The notes beneath the pieces were generated by a model that was not told where the DNA came from, ran no database searches, and worked only from the letters and a program-made list of their open reading frames with translations. From the NCBI GenBank assembly GCA_965248695.1, contig CBDFKD010000001.1, forward strand, positions 61,411 to 125,410: 64,000 nt of DNA, written 5' to 3'. The DNA is from Acidobacteriota bacterium. GTDB taxonomy: Bacteria; Acidobacteriota; UBA890; WLXD01. The position numbers and the translations under genes were made by a program. This document shows positions 55,053-64,000 of this stretch, one piece after another (within the stretch, counting starts at the first letter, position 1; the number at the start of each line of letters is the position of its first letter).

Positions 55053-56378
55053 TCAGTGCGCGGATGCGGCGTCGTTTGGCGGATCCAACAAGGGTCGCAG
55101 TTGCCCGAGCAGGAAGATCGACCCGGTTACGCAGATGAGGTCATTCGCCTCGGCGAGCTCCCGGGCGCGCGCCAGCGCTGCTGCCGGATCGTCGATCGCC
55201 ACGGCAATTTCCGGGGGCGCCGCCGCCGACAGCAGCGTTTCGGGGCTCGAGCTACGCGATGACGGTGGCCGTGTTGCGATCAACGTGTCGGCGCGCGGGT
55301 ACAGCAGTTCGGCCATTCCGGTGATGTCCTTGTCGTCCAGGGCGCCGAACACCAGATGCAATCGGCGGAACTGGTCCGTGTCGCGAAGTCGATCCAAGTA
55401 GCCCGTCAACGCGACGGTTGCGGCGGGGTTGTGAGCTCCGTCCAGAAGCACCGGCGGCGAGCCGGCGAACCACTCGCAGCGTCCGGCGAGCTCGGTACGG
55501 CGCAGACCTGCCCAGATCGCGTCGGAGTTGATGCGCATGCGGCGCCGGTCCAGTGACTCCGCGGCGAGTACGGCACAGCGCGCGTTCTCGACCTGATGCG
55601 ACCCTGGGAGCGTGAGCTGGAGCCCGGAGTACGAGCGCATGCGCGCCTCCAGGTCGAAGGTATGTCGCAAGCGGGAGTCCACCGCCCGCACCTCGAGCGG
55701 GAAATCGACCGCCCGCAACAGCGTGATCTCCCGTTCCTCCGCGCGCTGCTCGATCAGGTCAGCGACGACGGGCGACTGAGGCGCTACGACCGCGACGCCG
55801 CCGCGCGGTGTGACGGCGAATTTCTCGTCGGCGATCTGGGCGAGATCATCCCCGAGCCAATCGATATGATCGACGGAGATCGGCGTGATCACGGCGACTC
55901 TCGGTGTGGTCACGTTGGTGGCGTCGAGGCGCCCGCCCAACCCTACCTCGAGCACCGCAAGGTCGACGCGCGCCTCGGAGAAATAGCGGAAAGCGAGCGC
56001 CGTCAGGATCTCGAAATAGCTCGGCGACGGCAACGTCTCGTCGCCGCCAGCAAGGTCGTCGATCGCAGCGAATACCGCGGCCAAGTGGATCTCCAGACCG
56101 CTGCTCGAAATCGGATAGCCGTCGATGTGGAAGCGCTCTTCGAGCCCGTGTAGATGCGGCGAGGAGTACGTGCCAACCCGCAGTCCCGCAGCCAGACCGA
56201 TCGCTCCGAGCATCGCTGTGGTCGAACCCTTGCCGTTGGTGCCCGCGACGATCGCGGTCGGACAGGCTTGATGCGGATTCCCGAGCGCCTCCAGTAGTCG
56301 TCGGATGCGCTCGAGCCCGGGCGTCATCGCGTCAGGACCCAACTGTTCGAGTCGTTGGCGCGAGTCGAAAGCGGTCAT
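55053..56378 (-). CDS. folC: Bifunctional folylpolyglutamate synthase / dihydrofolate synthase FolC
   Basis: Mur-ligase-type P-loop AGTNGKGST. Conserved accD-folC gene order. Confidence 0.9.
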   Translation of the reverse strand: MTAFDSRQRLEQLGPDAMTPGLERIRRLLEALGNPHQACPTAIVAGTNGKGSTTAMLGAIGLAAGLRVGTYSSPHLHGLEERFHIDGYPISSSGLEIHLAAVFAAIDDLAGGDETLPSPSYFEILTALAFRYFSEARVDLAVLEVGLGGRLDATNVTTPRVAVITPISVDHIDWLGDDLAQIADEKFAVTPRGGVAVVAPQSPVVADLIEQRAEEREITLLRAVDFPLEVRAVDSRLRHTFDLEARMRSYSGLQLTLPGSHQVENARCAVLAAESLDRRRMRINSDAIWAGLRRTELAGRCEWFAGSPPVLLDGAHNPAATVALTGYLDRLRDTDQFRRLHLVFGALDDKDITGMAELLYPRADTLIATRPPSSRSSSPETLLSAAAPPEIAVAIDDPAAALARARELAEANDLICVTGSIFLLGQLRPLLDPPNDAASAH

Positions 56379-56400
56379 CGCCGGGTTCGGCGGTCGGCCC

Positions 56401-57312
56401 TCAGGGGGAGGCCTCGTTGGCGGCCAGGCTCGAGGTCTTCACCGCCTTCGTCACCGCCTGCCCATCGGTAGCTCCGAGGTGTCGGAGAACGGTGGCAAGC
56501 GTTCCCTTCAGCTCGTTGCGCGGTACCACCAGATCGAGCATGCCATGGGCTAGAAGGAACTCGCTGCGCTGAAACCCTTCGGGCAATCTCTCTCGAATCG
56601 TCTGTTCGATCACCCGAGGCCCGGCGAATCCGATCAGCGCTTGCGGTTCGGCGATATTCAGATCCCCGAGCATGGCGAAGGAAGCGGTCACGCCGCCCGT
56701 CGTCGGGTCGGTCAACACGGACACGAACGGTAGCGAGGCATCCGACAATCGAGACAGCGCCGCCGAGATCTTCGCCATTTGCATCAGCGATTGAGCACCT
56801 TCCTGCATGCGCGCCCCGCCGGAGCAGGAAACCACGATCAGCGGTACGCGATGCTCGAGCGCACGCTCTGCCGCTCGGGTGATCTTCTCGCCGACGACCG
56901 ACCCCATGCTCCCGCCCATGAAGCCATACTCCATCGCCGCCATCACGACAGACATGCCTTCGAGACGAGCGTCGGCGGTGATCACGGCGTCCTGCAGGCC
57001 GGTACGCTGCTGATAGTCGCCGAGGCGATCCCGGTAGCGCTTCGTATCGCGAAAGCGGAGGGAGTCCTTCGGCGCCAGGTCGTCGCCGAACTCGCTCCAC
57101 TGCCCGTCATCCGCTAGCAGCGTCAACCGATCGCTGGCCGATATGCGAAAGTGATAGCTGCATTTCGGGCAGACGCTTGCGTTCCGCAGGATCTCCTTGC
57201 GGTAGACGATTTCGCGGCAGTTGTTGCACTTCGTCCAGAGGCCCGAGGGCATGTCTGGACGGCGGTCGCCGACGGCGCGCTTCGACGTACGTTTCTTGCG
57301 AAACCAGGCCAT
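56401..57312 (-). CDS. accD: Acetyl-CoA carboxylase carboxyltransferase subunit beta AccD
   Basis: N-terminal zinc ribbon WTKCNNC...VCPKCSYH and a carboxyltransferase domain with GGSMG and SGGARMQEG. Confidence 0.95.
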   Translation of the reverse strand: MAWFRKKRTSKRAVGDRRPDMPSGLWTKCNNCREIVYRKEILRNASVCPKCSYHFRISASDRLTLLADDGQWSEFGDDLAPKDSLRFRDTKRYRDRLGDYQQRTGLQDAVITADARLEGMSVVMAAMEYGFMGGSMGSVVGEKITRAAERALEHRVPLIVVSCSGGARMQEGAQSLMQMAKISAALSRLSDASLPFVSVLTDPTTGGVTASFAMLGDLNIAEPQALIGFAGPRVIEQTIRERLPEGFQRSEFLLAHGMLDLVVPRNELKGTLATVLRHLGATDGQAVTKAVKTSSLAANEASP

Positions 57313-57425
57313 GGCACAGGCTCTAGAGGGTGCGGATAGGCGTCGCGACAGCGCTCGCCAGAGGAGTGTTGCCGCAACAGATCGTAACGATCCACCGTGA
57401 ACAGCGTCAACCGATTGGAGCGCAG

Positions 57426-58472
57426 ATGATCGAGCCTATCGCCTGGAAGAAGGGCGCTGTCGTCCTGCTGGACCAACGCGCGCTCCCCGGTGAGGAGACC
57501 TACCTGGAACTGCAGACTGCCGACGAGGTGATCGACGCGATCCGCCGTCTTGTGGTTCGCGGTGCGCCGGCCATCGGGGTCACGGCCGCGCTGGGGCTGG
57601 CGATGGAAGCGCGGGCCCTGAGCAGTGTCCCGGAGCTCTTCCGAGAGGAATTCACGGTGCTTTGCGAGCGCATGGAGGCAGCTCGACCGACAGCGGTGAA
57701 TCTGGCCTGGGCGGTTCGACGAATGCTCCGCACGGTCGAGGCATCACTCGACGACGGAGTCGAAGTAGCGCGCGCGCGGCTGGTACAGGAGGCGCTGTTA
57801 TTGCTCGAGCAGGACGTCGAGATCAATCGGCGCATGGGCAAGTATGGCGCTGATCTGCTGCCCGACGAGTCCCGGTTGATGACCCACTGCAACGCCGGTG
57901 CCTTGGCTACGGCTGGCTACGGGACCGCCCTGGGCGTGGTGCGTGCCGCCGTGGAGTCCGGCCGTCGTGTCCACGTGCTCGCCAACGAGACCCGGCCGTT
58001 CTTGCAGGGCGCCCGACTCACCGCATGGGAGATGCAGCACGACGGCATCCCGTGCACGGTGCTCACCGACAACATGGCGGGCCACATGATGCAGCGCGGA
58101 TCGGTCGACGTAGTGGTCGTCGGCGCTGATCGCATTGCCGCCAACGGTGACGTGGCTAACAAGATCGGCACCTACACCGTCGCGGTGCTGGCTCGAGAGC
58201 ACGGCATTCCGTTCTACGTCGCTGCCCCCACCAGTACCGTCGACCTCGACGCCGCCTCGGGCGACGACATCCCCATCGAGGAGCGTGACGGCGAGGAGGT
58301 CGTCGTCTTGAACGCGATGCGCATCGCGCCCGTCGGGGTGCCGGCAGCCTATCCCGCCTTCGACGTAACGCCAGCGGCGTTGGTGACGGCCATCATCACC
58401 GAAGCCGGTGTGGCGCGAGCGCCGTATCTGGATTCGCTGTCGGATTGCTGCCGACGGGCCGAAGTTCTCTGA
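57426..58472 (+). CDS. mtnA: S-methyl-5-thioribose-1-phosphate isomerase MtnA (eIF-2B family)
   Basis: LLDQRALPGEE...VVRGAPAIGVTAALGLA...GADRIAANGDVANKIGTY. Start trimmed to ATG 57426. Confidence 0.85.
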   Translation: MIEPIAWKKGAVVLLDQRALPGEETYLELQTADEVIDAIRRLVVRGAPAIGVTAALGLAMEARALSSVPELFREEFTVLCERMEAARPTAVNLAWAVRRMLRTVEASLDDGVEVARARLVQEALLLLEQDVEINRRMGKYGADLLPDESRLMTHCNAGALATAGYGTALGVVRAAVESGRRVHVLANETRPFLQGARLTAWEMQHDGIPCTVLTDNMAGHMMQRGSVDVVVVGADRIAANGDVANKIGTYTVAVLAREHGIPFYVAAPTSTVDLDAASGDDIPIEERDGEEVVVLNAMRIAPVGVPAAYPAFDVTPAALVTAIITEAGVARAPYLDSLSDCCRRAEVL

Positions 58473-58474
58473 AC

Positions 58475-59548
58475 ATGCGAGTGCTCGGCATCGAAACTTC
58501 TTGCGATGACACCGGTATAGCGATCGTCGAAGATGGCTGCCGAGTGCTGGCGAACCGCGTATCGTCGCAGCCGGAGCATGAGCGGTTCGGAGGGGTGGTG
58601 CCGGAGATCGCTGCCCGGAAACACGTCGAGGCGCTCCCCGCAATGCTCGACGCGATCCTCGATGAAGTTGCCCTGGATCTCGACGACCTCGACGCTATTG
58701 CGGTGACGCGCGGCCCCGGACTGATCGGTGCGTTGCTCGCGGGTTGGTGCTTCGGCCGCGGGCTGGCGCGATCATGCCGACTGCCTTATGTCGGGGTGCA
58801 CCATCTCGGCGCGCACGTGCACGGTGCGTTGATGCCGGCCCTAGAGGCCGGGGCCGAAATTCGCTACCCGCTGCTGGCGCTAGTCGTCTCGGGCGGGCAC
58901 ACGGCGCTTTACCAGGTGCACGACGGCCCCCGGTACGCGCGCCTGGGCGCGACGCGTGATGATGCCGCCGGCGAGGCCTTCGACAAGCTCGCCAAGCTCC
59001 TCGAACTCGGCTTTCCAGGTGGACCGATCATCGATGAACTTGCCGCCGACGGTGATCCGCAGCAGTTCGCGTTGCCGCGCTCCGAGCTCGGGCTGGATTT
59101 CTCCTTCTCAGGGTTGAAGACGGCCGCCCGCCGCCTGGCGTTGACGAACGCGCTCCCGCCTGCGGCGCCCGCCGACCAACGTGTGCGCGATCTTGCGGCT
59201 AGCTTCCAGGCCGCAGCAGTCGACATGCTGATTGACACGACACGTCGCGCGTCGGGTGCCCACCCGGCTCGTGGACTCGTGTTGGCGGGCGGAGTCGCGG
59301 CGAACCGGGATCTTCGCAGGAGGTTCGCCGAGCTGGCCGAATCGGAGGGGCAGCCGCTCTACGTATCCACGCCCGAGCTGTCGACCGACAATGCCGCAAT
59401 GGTCGCCGGGGCCGGGTACAGTCGGCTGCGCCGGGGAGACGCGGATCCCTTCAATCTGGCGGCGAGCGCCAGCTGGCCTCTGGGAGATTCGGCTCCTGTT
59501 GCGCCGCCCGACCCTGGTACAATTCCCCACGATCATGCTGCCCCGTAG
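58475..59548 (+). CDS. tsaD: tRNA N6-adenosine threonylcarbamoyltransferase TsaD
   Basis: MRVLGIETSCDDTGIAIV and HHLGAHV...VSGGHT. The ATG lies 2 nt after the mtnA stop. Confidence 0.95.
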   Translation: MRVLGIETSCDDTGIAIVEDGCRVLANRVSSQPEHERFGGVVPEIAARKHVEALPAMLDAILDEVALDLDDLDAIAVTRGPGLIGALLAGWCFGRGLARSCRLPYVGVHHLGAHVHGALMPALEAGAEIRYPLLALVVSGGHTALYQVHDGPRYARLGATRDDAAGEAFDKLAKLLELGFPGGPIIDELAADGDPQQFALPRSELGLDFSFSGLKTAARRLALTNALPPAAPADQRVRDLAASFQAAAVDMLIDTTRRASGAHPARGLVLAGGVAANRDLRRRFAELAESEGQPLYVSTPELSTDNAAMVAGAGYSRLRRGDADPFNLAASASWPLGDSAPVAPPDPGTIPHDHAAP

Positions 59549-59581
59549 AGGCGACGATCTGCGCCGAGCACCGAGCCGCCG

Positions 59582-60232
59582 ATGCAAAAATCGACGTTCC
59601 GCGAGTACCTGGAATCGATCCTGATCGCCGCGATCCTGGCGCTATTCATTCGCACGTTCGTTTTCCAGGCTTTCAAGATTCCGACTGGCTCCATGGAGCC
59701 GAACCTTCTCGTCGGCGACCACATTGTCGTCAACAAGTTCGTCTACGGTCCGGGCAGTGCGGCGTCCTTCATCTTGCCCACCACCGAGATCGAGCGTGGC
59801 GACGTCATCGTTTTTCGCGCTCCGCAGGAGCCCGACAAGGACTTCATAAAACGCGTTGTCGGCATCGGTGGTGACAAGATCGAGATCCGTGACAACGTGG
59901 TGCTGGTAAACGACGAGATCGTCGACGAGCCGTTCGCACACCATATGTCGAGCTTCGGCAGCCATCGAGACTACGGCCCGATCCAGATCCCGGAGGGCGA
60001 GTACTTCTGCATGGGCGACAATCGCGACAACAGCCGCGACTCGCGCTATTGGGGTACCGTGCCGCGCAGTCTGGTCAAGGGACGCGCCGTGATGGTGTAC
60101 TGGTCGTTTGACGCCCCGTCGCGATCCTATTTCGCCACCGGGTTCGGCGACCGATTGCTTCAGCTCGGCAAGTTGTTTCCGAGCTTCTTTACCAGAACGC
60201 GGTGGGAGCGGACGTTCCAGATGATCCGCTAG
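59582..60232 (+). CDS. lepB: Signal peptidase I
   Basis: Catalytic Ser box IPTGSMEPNL, Lys box VIVFRAP...DFIKRVVG, and GDNRDNSRDSRYWG. Confidence 0.9.
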   Translation: MQKSTFREYLESILIAAILALFIRTFVFQAFKIPTGSMEPNLLVGDHIVVNKFVYGPGSAASFILPTTEIERGDVIVFRAPQEPDKDFIKRVVGIGGDKIEIRDNVVLVNDEIVDEPFAHHMSSFGSHRDYGPIQIPEGEYFCMGDNRDNSRDSRYWGTVPRSLVKGRAVMVYWSFDAPSRSYFATGFGDRLLQLGKLFPSFFTRTRWERTFQMIR

Positions 60233-60288
60233 CGAAGCGCCGTGATGGGCGAGTGCCTGCTATATGGCGCGCCACGGTGGGGGTGCAC

Positions 60289-60705
60289 ATGCGAGCCAGT
60301 CGCGAGTTGACGCGTCGGCACCTGGGCGGTCCTCGCTGGATCAGCGAGGCTGGCCGCGGTGGCCTGGGGGCGCTGCTGGCGTTGGTCGTCGTGGTTGTGG
60401 CGATCTACGCCGGCATGAAGTTCGTTCCGGTGCGCGCGTCCGGATTCCAGCTCGACGATACGGTGCGCGAGCAGATCGTCTACGGGGGCGCGCGGCGGCG
60501 CCAGGTCGGCGATGACGAGATCCGGCGCAACATCATCGAGCACGCTGAAGACCTCGGACTTCCCGTAACCCGGCGCAACGTCTCCATCGTCCGACGTCGC
60601 GGTTCGATCCGGATCCGCGTCGTATACGTCGTGCCGATCGACTTACCGTTCGACTATACGTACCCGTGGCGGTTCGAGATCGACCACGAGGGCCCGTCGC
60701 TGTAG
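60289..60705 (+). CDS. Hypothetical membrane-anchored protein
   Basis: ATG 60289 lies after GGTGGGGG, and there is a single TM LGALLALVVVVVAIYAG. No recognisable domain. The ORF-track start 60202 overlaps lepB. Confidence 0.5.
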   Translation: MRASRELTRRHLGGPRWISEAGRGGLGALLALVVVVVAIYAGMKFVPVRASGFQLDDTVREQIVYGGARRRQVGDDEIRRNIIEHAEDLGLPVTRRNVSIVRRRGSIRIRVVYVVPIDLPFDYTYPWRFEIDHEGPSL

Positions 60706-60724
60706 CCCAGGTCGTTGCTCTGGC

Positions 60725-61018
60725 TCAGAGACTGCGCGCCAGATCGAGTATCGAGGTCACCACGAAGCCTCGCAGGAAGACGATCACGAGCAGCAGAATC
60801 ATCGGCGAGAAGTCGACACCGCCGTAGAGCCCCAGCCGCAGTCGGAGCGGCCGGAGCACCGGTTCAGTGGCCTGGTACAGAAACTGCACGATGGGGTTGT
60901 ATGGGTCGGCGCTGACCCACGAGATGATGACTCGACCAAAGACCAGCAACATGTAGAAGCCGAGCAGCATGTCGAGGATGGTGGCGAACGTGCTAAGCAG
61001 ATTACGGATGAGGAACAT
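60725..61018 (-). CDS. yggT: YggT-family membrane protein
   Basis: 97 aa with the typical FGRVIISWV...NPIVQFLYQATEPVLRPLR. Confidence 0.85.
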   Translation of the reverse strand: MFLIRNLLSTFATILDMLLGFYMLLVFGRVIISWVSADPYNPIVQFLYQATEPVLRPLRLRLGLYGGVDFSPMILLLVIVFLRGFVVTSILDLARSL

Positions 61019-61030
61019 CTCTCTCCCGAT

Positions 61031-61714
61031 TCAAGTACGAGGGCCGAAGATGGCGGTGCCGACACGCACAATGGTAGCGCCTTCGTCGATCGCCACTTCG
61101 AAGTCATTCGTCATGCCCATCGACAGCCCCAGCGGCGGCATCCCTGTGCCGGCAACGATCTGATCTCGCAGTTCGCGTAGGCGCTGGAAATACGGTCGCG
61201 CAGACTCCGGTGTGGGCCCGAACGGTGGCAGAGTCATCAGGCCGACGAGGCGAAGCGCGGTCGTAGCGTGCACCCGGCGACATAGATCTGCCGCCAGTTG
61301 GTCGATCGCTGCATCCGATCGTTCGGTGCGGACGAAGTCGACCTGTACGTAGACGTCGATGCTTCGCTCGAGGCCGCAGGCAGCGGCTTCGAGGCGTTCG
61401 ACGAGATCGGCGCGGTCAACCGAGTGGACAACGTCGAACAGCGCCGCCGCCAGCCTCGCTTTGTTGGTTTGCAGCTTGCCGATCAGGTGCCAGCGCACCG
61501 GACCGGCCATCCGATGAATCTTGTCCTCGGCCTCCTGCACGCGGCTCTCGCCGAGGCTGGTCAAACCGGCGTCGGTGGCTTCCAGCAACTGGGACAGGGG
61601 CCGTGTCTTGCTCACCCCCAGTAACTCGATATCGGCCGCGACGCGGCCAGCGCCCAGCGCCGCGGCGTGGATCCGTTCTCGAACCGCGTGAACGTTGCGC
61701 TCGATGTTCTGCAT
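61031..61714 (-). CDS. yggS: YggS-family pyridoxal-phosphate homeostasis protein
   Basis: LLGVSKTRP (PLP lysine), HLIGKLQTNK and LSMGMTNDFEVAI. Start trimmed to ATG 61714 (61732 also possible). Confidence 0.85.
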   Translation of the reverse strand: MQNIERNVHAVRERIHAAALGAGRVAADIELLGVSKTRPLSQLLEATDAGLTSLGESRVQEAEDKIHRMAGPVRWHLIGKLQTNKARLAAALFDVVHSVDRADLVERLEAAACGLERSIDVYVQVDFVRTERSDAAIDQLAADLCRRVHATTALRLVGLMTLPPFGPTPESARPYFQRLRELRDQIVAGTGMPPLGLSMGMTNDFEVAIDEGATIVRVGTAIFGPRT

Positions 61715-61808
61715 GGGGGCGGATGGTAGCATCGCATCGCCCGCCGCGCGGTGGGTGTCCAGGTATCCATGGGGCGTCCTGATACACGGTTTCCGCGACA
61801 GCGGAAGC

Positions 61809-61835
61809 GAAACTTTTCCGCTCGTCTGATCGTAA
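61809..61835 (+). promoter_or_regulatory. Possible ECF-type autoregulated promoter (GAAAC - 17 nt - CGTAA)
   Basis: The AAC...CGT spacing is typical of ECF promoters. It lies 23 nt upstream of the sigma-factor ATG, in a locally AT-richer stretch. Confidence 0.3.
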
Positions 61836-61857
61836 CTTATGACGAATTCGGAATCGT

Positions 61858-62448
61858 ATGAGCGCAACCGACCAAGAGATTGTCGAGGCGGTTCTGGCAG
61901 GCGCGCAGCATCGCTTCGCCGAGCTGGTCGGTCGCTATCAGGGGCCGATCGTGAACTACGTATATCGGATGCTCGGAAACTACGACGACGCCGTCGACTT
62001 GTCGCAGGACGTCTTCCTGAAGTCGTACTCGGCGCTGCATAGCTATCGACCGCAGTATCCGTTCACCGCTTGGCTTTTCCGTATCGCCCGCAATGCTGCC
62101 ATTGACGAGATTCGGCGCCGGCGGTTGACGTTGGTGCCGCTCGACGAGCCAGTCGAGACGGAAGAGGGTTCGATGGGGCGTGAGGTGGCGGCGGACGAGG
62201 CCGGACCGGAGCAATTGTTTCTCGAGGACGAGTTTCGTGATCAACTTGAGGGGGCCATTGCCCAGCTGCCGGAGAAGTACCGCGAGCCCCTGGTGCTGAG
62301 GCACGCTGCAGAAATGTCGTATGACGAGATTGCCGAGGCCTTAGAATTGCCGCTGGGCACGGTCAAGACGCGGATCTTCCGCGCCCGCGAGGCGCTCCGT
62401 ACCGGCCTCCGCAACGTACTCGAGTCGCCGCCGGCGGCAGAGGCATGA
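61858..62448 (+). CDS. ECF (group IV) RNA polymerase sigma factor
   Basis: Region 2 (VNYVYRMLGNYDDAVDLSQDVFLKSY...FTAWLFRIARNAAID) and region 4 (LRHAAEMSYDEIAEALELPLGTVKTRIFRAREAL). Confidence 0.9.
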   Translation: MSATDQEIVEAVLAGAQHRFAELVGRYQGPIVNYVYRMLGNYDDAVDLSQDVFLKSYSALHSYRPQYPFTAWLFRIARNAAIDEIRRRRLTLVPLDEPVETEEGSMGREVAADEAGPEQLFLEDEFRDQLEGAIAQLPEKYREPLVLRHAAEMSYDEIAEALELPLGTVKTRIFRAREALRTGLRNVLESPPAAEA

Positions 62449-62449
62449 G

Positions 62450-63055
62450 ATGAGCACACACGAGCCCAACCTGGACATGCTCTCAGCGTATGTCGACGGG
62501 GTGCTGTCTCCGGATGCTCATCGGTCCATGGAGCAGCATCTGAAGCGCTGCCAGGTCTGCGCTGACGCGGAGCGACGCGAGCAGGGCTTCGTTGCCCGCC
62601 TCGATCGCCTCTCCGAGGTGGCACCGCCGCCAGATTTCGTCAACGCGGTAATGGGTCGGGTTGCGCAGTATCCGGCCCATCGCCCTGGAGCGGCGATTCC
62701 GTGGCGCGAGGCGATGCGCTGGAGCGTAGCTGCCAGCGTTACGCTGCTGGCACTCTTTACAGGCGCCGTCGCCTGGTTGATCGGCAGCGGTGCACTCGAC
62801 AGCGTCCAGACCGGCACAGTGGTCGCCGCGGGCGTGGGCGGAATCGCTGACGTCGCCGCATCCAGCGTCTCTACTACGCGAGCCGTGCTGGCGCAGGGCC
62901 GCGTGCTTCTCGAAGAGGCCGGGCAGATCGTGTGGCGGATCTCCAGTCTCGCGATGGGGAGCAGCTGGTTGGTACAGGCGACGCTGCTGCTGCTGACCGT
63001 TTCGCTTAACTATGCTTTTACCCGCCTGGTTCTGAACTACCAACGGCGGCATTGA
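62450..63055 (+). CDS. Anti-sigma factor (zf-HC2 type) with membrane-spanning C-terminus
   Basis: The start lies 1 nt after the sigma gene stop. LSAYVDGVLSPD...MEQHLKRCQVCAD, followed by TM segments. Confidence 0.75.
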   Translation: MSTHEPNLDMLSAYVDGVLSPDAHRSMEQHLKRCQVCADAERREQGFVARLDRLSEVAPPPDFVNAVMGRVAQYPAHRPGAAIPWREAMRWSVAASVTLLALFTGAVAWLIGSGALDSVQTGTVVAAGVGGIADVAASSVSTTRAVLAQGRVLLEEAGQIVWRISSLAMGSSWLVQATLLLLTVSLNYAFTRLVLNYQRRH

Positions 63056-63075
63056 AACGAGGGTAGGGGGACGTC

Positions 63076-64000
63076 ATGAGGGTCACCTCAAAAGGCCGCG
63101 AGACAGATAGGGTGCGCCGATTGTCGGCGCTCGGCGTGGCGGTGATTCTTGGCGGATCGCTGGCCGGATGCGTTACCGTGCGCTCTGACGATGGCGGGTT
63201 CCTCGTCGGCGGCCGTATCGACATCGAAGAGGGCGAGGTGGCGCGCGACGAGATCGTCATGATGGGTGGCGCTGTTACCATCGACGGCGAGGCCCGACGT
63301 GACGTCGTTGTCCTGGGCGGTGAGCTGACGATCAACGGTACGGCGCGCGATGTGGTGTGTGTGGCCGGTTCGATGCGGCTCGGGCCCGACGCCCACGTCC
63401 GTGGTGACGTGGTGAGCGTCGGCGGCTCGTTGAGCCGATCTCCCGGCGCTCAGATCGACGGCGAAGTCGTCAACGTCGGCATCAGCGGTTTCGACTCCGC
63501 CCCCTGGCTCTCCGGATGGGGTGGATGGTCGATGGGGCGCTGGTGGGGTTTGACCCCTTTCCATGTTGCGGCGCGCACGACGCAATTCATGTACTGGCTG
63601 TTGCTGGCCGTACTGACCGTCGCGTTGGTGGGCGATCGGGTCTCGTCGGCGTCGCGATCGATCGAGCATGAGCCGATCCGACTGGGCGCCATCGGGTTGG
63701 TCGGCGTCTTTGCGCTGACGTTGTTGACCGGGCTGTTCTTCGTGCTGTCGTTCCTGCTCATCGGAATCCCGTTCCTGATCGCCGCGTTGCTGGGATGGTG
63801 GCTGGCCTACATTTTCGGGATGGTGGCCGTATTCCAGGTGTTGGGACAGAAGCTGCTCGTAGCACTGGGCAAGCCCGACGCGGCGCAGCTGGGTCTGGTC
63901 CTGGCGGGCGGTGCCACGTTGGGGGTGCTGCATTACTTCCCGTTTGTGGGCTCGCTCATCTGGACGATCGCGGCGTTCCTTGGTCTCGGGGCGGTGTTCG
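63076..64000 (+). CDS. Lipoprotein with bactofilin-like beta-helix repeats and a C-terminal multi-pass membrane domain (3' partial, runs off the window)
   Basis: Absent from the ORF track because no stop occurs in the window; hand-translated from ATG 63076. Lipobox SLAGC. Repeats GGAVTIDGEARRDVVVLGGELTINGTARDVVCVAGSMRLG...VRGDVVSVGGSL, then several hydrophobic helices. Confidence 0.6.
   Translation, partial: MRVTSKGRETDRVRRLSALGVAVILGGSLAGCVTVRSDDGGFLVGGRIDIEEGEVARDEIVMMGGAVTIDGEARRDVVVLGGELTINGTARDVVCVAGSMRLGPDAHVRGDVVSVGGSLSRSPGAQIDGEVVNVGISGFDSAPWLSGWGGWSMGRWWGLTPFHVAARTTQFMYWLLLAVLTVALVGDRVSSASRSIEHEPIRLGAIGLVGVFALTLLTGLFFVLSFLLIGIPFLIAALLGWWLAYIFGMVAVFQVLGQKLLVALGKPDAAQLGLVLAGGATLGVLHYFPFVGSLIWTIAAFLGLGAVF

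Overview
High-GC bacterial chromosomal segment, about two-thirds G+C by eye. The organism is probably diderm, because an LptD homologue is present. No computation or database search was run. All calls come from reading the ORF track and the DNA.

Layout:
- 1-5.7 kb: mutS2 (5' partial), dnaG, a sodium:solute symporter and a tRNA with anticodon CAT.
- 5.7-28.7 kb: an accessory-looking stretch. It holds a NarL-type response regulator and a divergent, frameshifted propeller-type sensor kinase. Next come a tandem family of small secreted proteins of unknown function (two full copies, two decayed) and a PD40 beta-propeller protein. These are followed by a CDGSH Fe-S protein, an SLC13/TrkA-C transporter, sodC and an alpha/beta-hydrolase-like protein. 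The stretch ends with a decayed PSCyt1/DUF1549/DUF1553 gene, two tandem PA/M28-like lipoproteins, an amidohydrolase and a COG1579 zinc-ribbon plus RNase HI pair.
- 28.7-48.8 kb, minus strand: pgeF, a B12-binding radical SAM gene, then a complete dcw cluster (mraZ rsmH ftsL ftsI murE murF mraY murD ftsW murG murC murB ftsQ ftsA ftsZ, no ddl). Upstream of mraZ there is a near-consensus promoter and three GTGGN boxes.
- 49-64 kb: htpX, a membrane protein, rmd-like, gmd, lptD, folC and accD on the minus strand. Then mtnA, tsaD, lepB and a hypothetical on the plus strand, yggT and yggS on the minus strand, and an ECF sigma / anti-sigma / beta-helix membrane protein module that runs off the window.

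Most unusual signal: a family of non-coding palindromic elements bounded by CTAG.
- Three full-length copies of 270-271 nt fall into two subfamilies. Each starts exactly at the TAG stop codon of a gene.
- One copy sits between the stop codons of two convergent genes.
- There is a 17-bp footprint-like mini-palindrome.
- A possible 159-bp in-frame copy lies inside a gene.
- A nested CTAG-flanked palindrome lies in the rsmH-ftsL spacer of the dcw operon.
- No transposase is present in the window.

I did not recognise any defence system, CRISPR array, prophage or rRNA.
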